Assembly: GCA_013140805.1 (NCBI GenBank)
Contig: JABFRW010000023.1
Span: 1 to 60,596, forward strand
DNA from: Candidatus Eiseniibacteriota bacterium
GTDB taxonomy: Bacteria > Eisenbacteria > RBG-16-71-46
Reading direction: 5' to 3'
DNA length: 60,596 nucleotides
Shown: piece by piece, positions 35,509 through 42,527 of the stretch
How the letters are laid out: each line of letters begins with the position of its first letter
How positions within the stretch are numbered: the first letter of the stretch is position 1
Notes under the pieces: generated by a model
Told to the model about the DNA's origin: nothing
Databases searched by the model: none
What the model saw: the letters and a program-made list of their open reading frames with translations, nothing else
Position numbers and translations under genes: made by a program

Positions 35509-35747
35509 CGGAAGCATGTCATCCCGCTCGCGGACCCGAGTCTGGCACAACGAACCAGGGCTCCCGAAGCACCATCGCCTCGACGCTCAGGCTTCAGGAG
35601 GCCCGGCGGCTTCTCCTCGCCGGCGACTTTGACGCCGCCACTGCCGGATACGAGGTGGGTTACGACGACGCATCCCACTTCAGCCGGGAGTACAAGCGCC
35701 TCTTTGGTGAGCCCCCATTGCGCGACGTGGAACGACTTCGAGGTTGA
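35509..35747 (+). pseudogene. AraC/XylS-family regulator remnant (C-terminal HTH only)
   Basis: My translation: ...[59 protein letters not shown]-stop. This is the second HTH of the AraC domain. There is no start codon and no upstream domain. It is not in the ORF track. Confidence 0.55.
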
Positions 35748-35769
35748 TTGCGGGCTCGGAGATACGCGG

Positions 35770-36204
35770 CTACTTCTTCCTCGCCTTCGAAGGGTAGCGC
35801 TGCACCTTGGCGGCCATGGCGGTTGTGATCATTTCGGCCAGAACCTGCTGATCGACGCCTTCGAGCGATTTGATGTACATGCATCCCCCACGCATCGTCG
35901 CCTTCCCGATCTTCTTCATCAGGGTGGCGTGCCTGGGGGACGCCTGCATGCCATAGAGCACGATGTTCTGCGCCCGAGGCGAGAATCCGCCAATCGGCCA
36001 GTCGCGCTGGTCGCCATTCGCGTAGGTCATCGTTTCGGCGCCCACGCCGACGATGGCGGGGCCCCACATCGCTGCCTTGTCATTGGTCGCCTGCTCGAAC
36101 GTCTCGAGAAGGAACTGACACGCGTCGTAGCGATCGCCCTTCGCCGCCTTCTTAAGAAAGGCCTGCACGCTGGCGGTGGTCTTCTTCGTCTTGGGTTCAG
36201 GCAC
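35770..36204 (-). CDS. DUF1801 domain protein (third subtype)
   Basis: VQAFLKKAAKGDRYDACQFLLETFEQATNDKAAMWGPAIVGVG...WPIGGFSPRAQNIVLY is the typical YdhG-like/DUF1801 pattern. Confidence 0.7.
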   Translation of the reverse strand: MPEPKTKKTTASVQAFLKKAAKGDRYDACQFLLETFEQATNDKAAMWGPAIVGVGAETMTYANGDQRDWPIGGFSPRAQNIVLYGMQASPRHATLMKKIGKATMRGGCMYIKSLEGVDQQVLAEMITTAMAAKVQRYPSKARKK

Positions 36205-36239
36205 CGCGCTTCTCCTTCAGGCTGGCGGCCGGCTCCCGA

Positions 36240-36905
36240 TCACCGATAGAGCAGCTTCACACGGCCCCAGGTCGTGGCACGCGTGGGCGTGGCGCACGGC
36301 GAGTAGTTGTAGGTGACATTGATGATCGCCGCCGCCTGGATGCCGAACGACCAGCTGTTCGCACCGTTGTGTGTGGACGTGTTGGCCACGGTGCACGGCA
36401 GGCTGATGCTGCCCGGCCCCGTGAAGAGCGCCAGGTCGGCCGGTGCCGTGACACAGGTGCTGTCCTCGGCGGTCGCGAACAGGCCCGACTCGGTCACGCC
36501 CGACGTCCCTGCGTAGTCCACACCGCCGTCGAACGCCGAAAGGGAATACGACTTGAGCAGGCTCGGCGTCACCGTGAGCAGCGGCGTCAGGCTCGGCCGG
36601 AGCAGGTCGTACTTGGCGCTCCACGTGACGTTCACGATCTTGGGGCTGGCGTCGAAGTTCTCGATGCTGATGAAGCCGAACTGCTGGCCCTCGAGTCGCA
36701 CGCACACGGACGACAGGCACTGGTCCGGCATGTCGAACTTGGGCACTGGCGTTGCCGGGAACGTATAGGGGGCGTTGAGGAAGGGCGAGAGACTCGTCGT
36801 CACGCTGTAGGTGACGGACGTGGCCTGGGCGCTGATCACCCCGCCGACCAGCGAGAGGACGGACAGCATGGCGAGGCCAGCCAGACGCACGGGTGACAAG
36901 GACAC
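36240..36905 (-). CDS. secreted hypothetical protein ending in a TWGRVKLLYR tail
   Basis: GTG at 36905 with AGGAG 7 nt upstream. Signal peptide VSLSPVRLAGLAMLSVLSLVGGVISAQA. The upstream part of the track ORF (to 37112) is just a translation of the tRNA-derived repeat. Confidence 0.6.
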   Translation of the reverse strand: MSLSPVRLAGLAMLSVLSLVGGVISAQATSVTYSVTTSLSPFLNAPYTFPATPVPKFDMPDQCLSSVCVRLEGQQFGFISIENFDASPKIVNVTWSAKYDLLRPSLTPLLTVTPSLLKSYSLSAFDGGVDYAGTSGVTESGLFATAEDSTCVTAPADLALFTGPGSISLPCTVANTSTHNGANSWSFGIQAAAIINVTYNYSPCATPTRATTWGRVKLLYR

Positions 36906-37061
36906 GGGGAACTCCTGCTCGGTGAGAGGGCAACGTGCGAGATGTGGATCCGAGGGTTCAACTCCTCGTTCGGGGCACAGAGGCGTGACCCTACTGCGCG
37001 GATTCCGGTGGCTCCTAGCGAAATCGCCCGCATTCAGCCGGTGTGGTCGCGGCGATCGAGT

Positions 37062-37106
37062 TGGTGGCCCCGGCTGGAGTCGAACCAGCGGCACGCGGTT
37101 TAGGAA
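37062..37106 (-). repeat. 45-nt exact copy of the 3' part of tRNA-Arg(CCT) (att-type direct repeat, distal copy)
   Basis: tggtggccccggctggagtcgaaccagcggcacgcggtttaggaa is identical letter for letter to 41247..41291. It covers the anticodon loop through CCA. The 5' half of the tRNA is absent here. Confidence 0.9.
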
Positions 37107-37193
37107 CGGCAACTGGAGGGTTCGCGGTCTATCAGTTGCCTGCCGGACCAGGGCCCGCGGTCCACCAGACCGCTGCGCGGGATCCGAACGACA

Positions 37194-37801
37194 TCACTTG
37201 TCTCCGCTTTCCGTCGGCAGACCGGCATCGATCCAGTCCTTCTGGAGGTTCTGTGCGATGTAAAGAATCTTGACGGCCCTGCCGGTAGACGCCATCGCTG
37301 CGTATGCGGGCCGCATGTTTGGGCAGTCGGTCCACGGACAGCAGCCGCAGTACAGGACGACCGGCTTCGTCCGCGGCAGCTTCCGGACTGCGTCGCGCAG
37401 GGCCTGCAGGCCCTCGGGTTTCGAGGCAGGCCAAAGTATCGCGAGCCGGCGATGTGTCCACCTCGGTAGAGGACGTGGTAACCGACGTGCAGCACAGCGG
37501 GGCGCTGCGCAACTGGGCCTGCGAGCGCCTCCCCGAACTCCTTGACGTGGATCAGGCTCGCCTCCGGGATCGATTTCGCGACCGGTGCCACTGAATCCGC
37601 CGCTCCCGAATCGGCGCTGTCCGGTCGGTCGGCCGCGCTCGAAGCCAACTGGGTTCCACCGGCACGCCCGCTCACGGGCCCGAAAGCCATGAGCCAACCG
37701 ATCGCGAAGAGCGTGACGAGGGCCATCAGCAGCCACGATGCACGATGCGTCTTGTCCACTGGCAAGCCTCTCCCTGATTGGTTCGTGTACGTGGATGACA
37801 T
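37194..37801 (-). pseudogene. membrane-anchored rhodanese-like sulfurtransferase, interrupted by a 1-nt frameshift near 37430
   Basis: Frame 1 (from 37801): TM anchor, then ...LHVGYHVLYRGGHIAGSRYFG. Frame 2 continues PASKPEGLQALRDAVRKLPRTKPVVLYCGCCPWTDCPNMRPAY...DWIDAGLPTESGDK-stop at 37194. The junction is at the ggcc run 37429..37432. A sequencing error cannot be excluded. Confidence 0.65.
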
Positions 37802-37825
37802 GGTCGAAGTTCGAGCCTTGAGCGA

Positions 37826-38983
37826 CTACATCCAGCCTCGGAGCCAGGATTGCTCAAGCAACACCTTGCCGAGATGCCAGCGACGGGACGGGGCCTGGAC
37901 AGCGACGGTGGGCAGCGGCTCGCCATAGAAGTCGCCCTTCCCAAATCCGGCCTTCCCGTCGCCCGCCTCGATGAAGCACTCGCCGAACCCGGTGAAGCGA
38001 GCCTCGGCCCCGCGGCCGGTGATCGCTCGAACGATGTTCTTGGCGACCACCTGGGCCGCGGAGTGCGCGAAGACGCCCGCCTTCGGAAGCGGCTTGCCCA
38101 TCTTGAGCGGGACCGAGGTGACGTCGCCGATGGCGTAGACGTTTGGAAAGCGGGTCGCGAAAGTGTGGCGATCCACTTCGATCCATCCGCCCTCCGCGCA
38201 CAGACCCGATCTGCTCACCACCTGGGGCACGTGATGCGGCGGAACGAATCCGAGCAAGTCGTAGGACGCGGCCGCTCCATTGGAGAACTGGATGGTGCGC
38301 GCAGACGGGTCGACACGAGTCACCTGATGCTCGGGGTGGTAGTTGATTCCCTTGCCCTCGACCATCTGGCGAACAGCCGCCGAGACTTGGGGCCCCGCGA
38401 CGCCCATCGGGCCAGGCTCCGCGGTGAACATGTCGACCTGGACATGCTCGCGAACTCGCCGCGCGCGGCAGGCGGCTTCGACCAGCATGGCCGCCTCGTA
38501 CGGGGCAGCCGGGCAGCGGTAGGCCGGTGCCGCGGTGAGGATCGCGATGCGTCCGCGTTTCAGGGAGGCCAGGCCGTCCCGGAATGCGATCACCCCCGTG
38601 AGTGAGTAGAGATCGTGGCCGCCGTCCACCAGGCCGGGGATCGCGCCGCCCGAGGTGGCGGCGCCGAGTGCGACCACGAGGTAGTCGGCGCTCAACGTCC
38701 TCCCGCCCACCACGACCTCCCGGCGGTCGGCAGCGATGCTTTCGATCTCGCCCGTCGTCACCGTGACGCCGCGGCGCAACAGCCGCCGAAGCGGCCGCGA
38801 GATCTGCTCGGGGCGGCGGGCTCCGACTAGCAGCCAGAGTAACGAAGGTGCGAAGACGAATGTCTCCTCACGGTTGACGAGCACGATCTCGTGGCGCGCG
38901 GGGAGGCGCTTTCGCAGGTCGTTGGCGACCACGAGCCCTCCAACACCCCCACCCAACACGAGAATGCGTTGCGTTCGTGTCAC
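37826..38983 (-). CDS. FAD-dependent pyridine-nucleotide-disulfide oxidoreductase, sulfide:quinone oxidoreductase-like
   Basis: GTG at 38983 preceded by GAGGGAGG. ILVLGGGVGGLVVA (FAD Rossmann) and VYAIGDV. Length about 385 aa. The context with DsrE and rhodanese genes supports a sulfide-oxidation role. Confidence 0.75.
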   Translation of the reverse strand: MTRTQRILVLGGGVGGLVVANDLRKRLPARHEIVLVNREETFVFAPSLLWLLVGARRPEQISRPLRRLLRRGVTVTTGEIESIAADRREVVVGGRTLSADYLVVALGAATSGGAIPGLVDGGHDLYSLTGVIAFRDGLASLKRGRIAILTAAPAYRCPAAPYEAAMLVEAACRARRVREHVQVDMFTAEPGPMGVAGPQVSAAVRQMVEGKGINYHPEHQVTRVDPSARTIQFSNGAAASYDLLGFVPPHHVPQVVSRSGLCAEGGWIEVDRHTFATRFPNVYAIGDVTSVPLKMGKPLPKAGVFAHSAAQVVAKNIVRAITGRGAEARFTGFGECFIEAGDGKAGFGKGDFYGEPLPTVAVQAPSRRWHLGKVLLEQSWLRGWM

Positions 38984-38997
38984 CTGTCCTCCCTCGA

Positions 38998-39357
38998 TCA
39001 GAAGATGAGCACCCGGTCGCTCGTCGCCACCCATTCGGTCAGCTCGTCCATGGTGCCGCGGTGTGATCCCTCTACGAGCTCATCCAGTGCGATACCGCGC
39101 GCGTCCATGCAGGTGCCGCAGACCCCCACCTCGCCGCCGCGCTTCGTCAACGCCGCGAGCATGTTCTGGACGTTGTAGTACCCGGCCGGTACGCGCTGAT
39201 TGGTCTTCGCGGCGGACGCGCTGTCGCCGAGCAGGAAGACTCTGATGCTGAGGCCCTCCCGCTTGGCAAGCGAGCCTGCAAGCCGGAGGCCGTTGTACAC
39301 CCGCTCGCTGCCATACGGGGCTTCATTGAAGACGAACAGAAAGCTGGCTGCGCTCAT
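38998..39357 (-). CDS. DsrE/DsrF-like sulfur-relay family protein
   Basis: 119 aa: FLFVFNEAPYGSERVYNGLRLAGSLAKREGLSIRVFLLGDS...VGVCGTCMDARG. Confidence 0.75.
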   Translation of the reverse strand: MSAASFLFVFNEAPYGSERVYNGLRLAGSLAKREGLSIRVFLLGDSASAAKTNQRVPAGYYNVQNMLAALTKRGGEVGVCGTCMDARGIALDELVEGSHRGTMDELTEWVATSDRVLIF

Positions 39358-39366
39358 TCATGCACC

Positions 39367-40035
39367 TCATGGAGGTCCTGATTCGATAGGAAGGCCGGCT
39401 CCCTGCCACTCGGGGAAACCGTCGGCCAGACGCCGCGCGCGGAATCCCCGGGACCGCAACAGCTCCACCGCATGCACTGAGAGCACGCAATAGGGGCCAC
39501 GGCAGTACGCCACGATCTCCTTCCGCTTGGGGAGCTTGGCCAAACGTCGTTTGAGCTCGTTGAGCGGGACAGACATCGCCCCGCGGATGTGTCCGGCCGC
39601 AAACTCCTCGGGCGGTCGCACATCGAGGATGAGCACGTCTTCCTCGCGCGCACGCTTGACCAGCTCGCGCCGGGAGACCGGTTCCAGCAGTTCAGGCGAC
39701 GCGAAATAGGTATGGATCAAGTCGTCGACCTCGGCGATCCGCGCCTGTGCCACGCGGCGGATGACCTGCAGGAGATCGAAGACTTCCGGCCCGGCGAGTC
39801 GGTAGAAGACCCGCGTGCCCTGCTTGCGAACATCGACGAGACGCACGGCCCGAAGTGCCTGGAGGTGGTGCGAGGTGTTCGCGGTTGGGAGCCGGGCTTC
39901 CGCTGCCAACACGTCGACGCTGCGCTCGCCTTGGGCGAGCAGCTCAAGTAGCTGAATCCGCTGGGCGCTCGAAACCGCCTTCCCGATGTGAGCGAAGTGC
40001 TCAAAGAGCCTCTGCGTGCCTTTCGTTCGATCCAT
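39367..40035 (-). CDS. ArsR/SmtB-family transcriptional regulator fused to a rhodanese domain
   Basis: ATG at 40035 with GAGGAG 5 nt upstream. The HTH reads RIQLLELLAQGERSVDVLAAEARLPTANTSHHLQALRAVRLV. The C-terminal rhodanese region reads ILDVRPPEEFAAGHIRGA...VAYCRGPYC. Confidence 0.8.
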   Translation of the reverse strand: MDRTKGTQRLFEHFAHIGKAVSSAQRIQLLELLAQGERSVDVLAAEARLPTANTSHHLQALRAVRLVDVRKQGTRVFYRLAGPEVFDLLQVIRRVAQARIAEVDDLIHTYFASPELLEPVSRRELVKRAREEDVLILDVRPPEEFAAGHIRGAMSVPLNELKRRLAKLPKRKEIVAYCRGPYCVLSVHAVELLRSRGFRARRLADGFPEWQGAGLPIESGPP

Positions 40036-40251
40036 GAATCTCCTCAAAGACCAACCCCGAGTTGCGCGTTATTGGGTCAGTGGCGGCTTTAGCGCGGTCA
40101 TCATGACGGCCTTGACGCCGAAGGCCTCGGCTGAGCTCTGCGTTGACTCCTTGCGGAACTGAAACCGTGGGACGACTGCAGATCGGACACGCACAAAACC
40201 GGACTCCTCGAGCAGTCGGAACATCTCTCCCTCCGGGAGAGCCCCGCCGAT

Positions 40252-40863
40252 TCAACTGGCCCACAGTTTGGGGTCATTGACGATCGATTGGGAGAGCTGT
40301 TTAGCGCTCACAATGTCGGTAATCGACATGCGACCACCTGGCCGGAGCACGCGGAATATCTCCTCCACGACCCGGCGCTTGCGAAAGGACAGGTTGATCA
40401 CTCCGTTCGAGATCACGACATCCACGGAAGCCGAGGGCACCGGGATGTCCTCCATGCGCCCTACCTGGCATTCCATCCGGGTCCCGGTCGCTGCCGCGTG
40501 CGCCTGGGCCTTGAGGCACATCGCGGGGTTGAGATCGACACCGATGACCTTGCCGCTTGGGCCTACGCGCCAGGAGGCGATAATCGCGTCGAGGCCAGCC
40601 CCACTCCCGAGATCGAGCACTGTCTCTCCCGGCTGGAGGTTGCTTCGCTCGTGCGGATTGCCGACTCCGGCGAACGAGCCAACGGCACTCACGGGCGCGC
40701 GATCAAGCCACTCGGGCGAGTAGCCGAACAACTCCGCTGCCTCGCGGCCGTGGAAGAAGTGGAAAGTACCCTTTGGGTTGTCGGCCACTTCCTGATACAT
40801 GCGGACGATCTCATCTTTGAGCACCGCCTCCAGAGAGGCCTGCGAGTCGACGGGATCAGCCAT
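40252..40863 (-). CDS. ArsM/UbiE-like class I SAM-dependent methyltransferase, terminated at an in-frame TGA; the homologous reading frame continues to 40069
   Basis: VLDLGSGAGLD (SAM motif I), VDVVISNGVINLS, LRPGGRMSITD. The ORF stops at ...DPKLWAS-TGA. The same frame then reads IGGALPEGEMFRLLEESGFVRVR...MMTALKPPLTQ-TAA (40069..40071), which still looks like the ArsM-family C-terminus. Confidence 0.8.
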   Translation of the reverse strand: MADPVDSQASLEAVLKDEIVRMYQEVADNPKGTFHFFHGREAAELFGYSPEWLDRAPVSAVGSFAGVGNPHERSNLQPGETVLDLGSGAGLDAIIASWRVGPSGKVIGVDLNPAMCLKAQAHAAATGTRMECQVGRMEDIPVPSASVDVVISNGVINLSFRKRRVVEEIFRVLRPGGRMSITDIVSAKQLSQSIVNDPKLWAS

Positions 40864-41246
40864 GTCGTGACCTCCTCATTCGTGTCTCCCAGATCGACGT
40901 GAGATTCGCACCGCAGCCTGGCGATCGAGCCCAGCCCATTCGATCAAGGCTCCTCAAATCATCAAACGTGTATTTGAATAACACACGAGCGACAGGTGAG
41001 TCAACGGAGCCAACTTTGCGCTGCCGCCAGACGCTCCACCTTGACCGCGGGCTCTCTGCGCGCTGGATCACGCGACTAGGAGGGCATGCCCCTCCATGCG
41101 GCACCGGCCTGGTCTCCCCTTAGGTCTCCCCTCAACGTCCGCTCCCGTCCCATTCTGTCCATTTCCGGCCAAACGGAGAGGGTGCCCCGGAAACCCGGAA
41201 CACCCTCTAGTCGACGCAGTTTCAGCGATGGTTGAGGCGATTTAGG

Positions 41247-41291
41247 TGGTGGCCCCGGCTGGAGTCGAACCAGCGGCACGCGGTTTAGGAA
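41247..41291 (-). repeat. proximal copy of the 45-nt direct repeat (3' part of the intact tRNA-Arg)
   Basis: Identical to 37062..37106. Confidence 0.9.
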
Positions 41292-41323
41292 ACCGCTGCT
41301 CTATCCGTCTGAGCTACGGGGCC
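41247..41323 (-). tRNA. tRNA-Arg (anticodon CCT), CCA encoded
   Basis: Hand-folded cloverleaf: acceptor GGCCCCG/CGGGGCC, D stem GCTC/GAGC, anticodon stem GCGGT/ACCGC with loop TTCCTAA, T stem GCTGG/CCAGC with loop TTCGACT, discriminator A, CCA. 77 nt. Confidence 0.9.
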
Positions 41324-41331
41324 ACAACAAG

Positions 41332-42327
41332 TTACGTTTTGGTGGCTACCACTCTGGCTACCGCTTTTTCGCTGAGCCGCTCTGCCTCACGCATCACGAC
41401 GTCATCGCTGATGCGCGCGTACCTCTGGGTGGTCTCGATCGAAGCGTGCCCGAGGATCTGCTGCAAAGCAGCGAGACTGCCACCGCGTTCCAGCCACTGA
41501 CAAGCGAAGGTGTGCCTCGTCTGGTGGACGTGGAATCCTGCAAGCCCCGTTTGCCTTCGGATGTAGGCCGAGAACGACCCTGGTGAGAGGTTCGAGAATG
41601 GGACCAACCTGCCGACGTGACCCCTGACCTCCGAAAGCAGCTCCGGAGCGAGTGGCACACGACGCACCCTTCCCGACTTCGTCTTCGACACCACGAGAAA
41701 CCCCCTCTCAACATCCGAAGCTTGAGCCCTCGTCAGCTCTCCCCACCTGAGCCCCGTCCCGAGTGCCAGGCGGCACACGAAACCGTGCGGGTCGGGAAGT
41801 TGTTTGAGCGTTTCTGCATCCTCATCAGCAAGCCGGTCGGGCGGCTGCTCCTGAATCCGCGGCATGATCCTTCGCGGAAACGGCGAGCGATCCACCAGTC
41901 CTGCGTCCTCGGCCCAGTTCAGGAAGCACCGCACGTCAGCGAGGATGTGGCCCACGGTGTTCGGTGCGATGTCGTGCTTCTCGAGCCAGAGGCGGTACGA
42001 CCTGATGTGTTCCTTGGTCACGCGCTGCAGCAATGTCGCTCGGAAGAACGGGTCGATGTACCTCCTGACCCGAGCTGCTGCCATGACCTGTTGCTTTTCG
42101 TTCCTAGCGGTCGCGATGTACTGCCCGAGCCAGCGCTTCGCGGCCTCCGCGACCGTGACATCAGCTCGAGGCAAGTGATCTTCGTTCCGAAGCTTCTTCA
42201 ACTTGGTCTTCGCCTCGGAGAAGTCCTCGCCGAGTGAGATCCAGACGTCCCGGCCGGCGAATCGCTTGCGGAAGTAGTACCCGCCCCTGCCCTTTCGCTT
42301 GATCATGTTCTTGGGCAGCTTCGGCAT
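41332..42327 (-). CDS. tyrosine recombinase / phage-type integrase
   Basis: ATG at 42327 with AAAGGAGGG upstream. GLRWGE, HVHQTRHTFA, LGHASIETTQRYARI catalytic motifs. It ends 8 nt from the 5' end of tRNA-Arg. Confidence 0.9.
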   Translation of the reverse strand: MPKLPKNMIKRKGRGGYYFRKRFAGRDVWISLGEDFSEAKTKLKKLRNEDHLPRADVTVAEAAKRWLGQYIATARNEKQQVMAAARVRRYIDPFFRATLLQRVTKEHIRSYRLWLEKHDIAPNTVGHILADVRCFLNWAEDAGLVDRSPFPRRIMPRIQEQPPDRLADEDAETLKQLPDPHGFVCRLALGTGLRWGELTRAQASDVERGFLVVSKTKSGRVRRVPLAPELLSEVRGHVGRLVPFSNLSPGSFSAYIRRQTGLAGFHVHQTRHTFACQWLERGGSLAALQQILGHASIETTQRYARISDDVVMREAERLSEKAVARVVATKT

Positions 42328-42329
42328 CT

Positions 42330-42500
42330 TCAGCCCTCCTTTCGGGCCTGAAGCCACCGGAACACGTCGCCACGTTCGAACCGTAACACACGGCCGAACC
42401 GGATATGCGGCAGGCCCCGCCGGGAGACCAGCCGGCGAACGGTTTTCGGGCTGACACTGAGGTAATCTGCGACCTGTTGGATCGTGAGTAGCTGGTCCAC
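42330..42500 (-). CDS. excisionase / AlpA-MerR-type HTH DNA-binding protein
   Basis: My translation from the GTG at 42500 (AGGAGGGG upstream): VDQLLTIQQVADYLSVSPKTVRRLVSRRGLPHIRFGRVLRFERGDVFRWLQARKEG-stop, 2 nt before the integrase ATG. It is below the ORF-track size cutoff. Confidence 0.7.
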   Translation of the reverse strand: MDQLLTIQQVADYLSVSPKTVRRLVSRRGLPHIRFGRVLRFERGDVFRWLQARKEG

Positions 42501-42527
42501 GCTGTCCCCTCCTGTATTGGAGGAGCC

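Larger units (their letters stand above)
37107..41246. mobile_element. 4.1-kb tRNA-Arg-associated genomic islet (no integrase inside) carrying a sulfide/persulfide-response gene set
   Basis: Bounded by the two identical 45-nt direct repeats. All five genes are co-directional on the minus strand. Confidence 0.6.

Noticed and set aside
36906-37112. N-terminal extension of the secreted-protein ORF (track start 37112)
   Set aside because: The extension translates the tRNA-derived repeat: VPLVRLQPGPP also appears in the spurious ORF 41076..41279. The GTG at 36905, with an AGGAG RBS and a signal peptide, is the credible start.
37062-37140. Possible second tRNA-Arg gene
   Set aside because: Only the 3' 45 nt match the tRNA. 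The sequence beyond the anticodon loop (cggcaactggaggg...) cannot form the anticodon stem, D-arm or acceptor 5' strand, so I annotated it as an att-type repeat.
40001-40264. 87-aa minus-strand ORF between the methyltransferase and the ArsR gene
   Set aside because: It is out of frame with both neighbours and has no motif. The in-frame continuation of the methyltransferase explains this DNA better.
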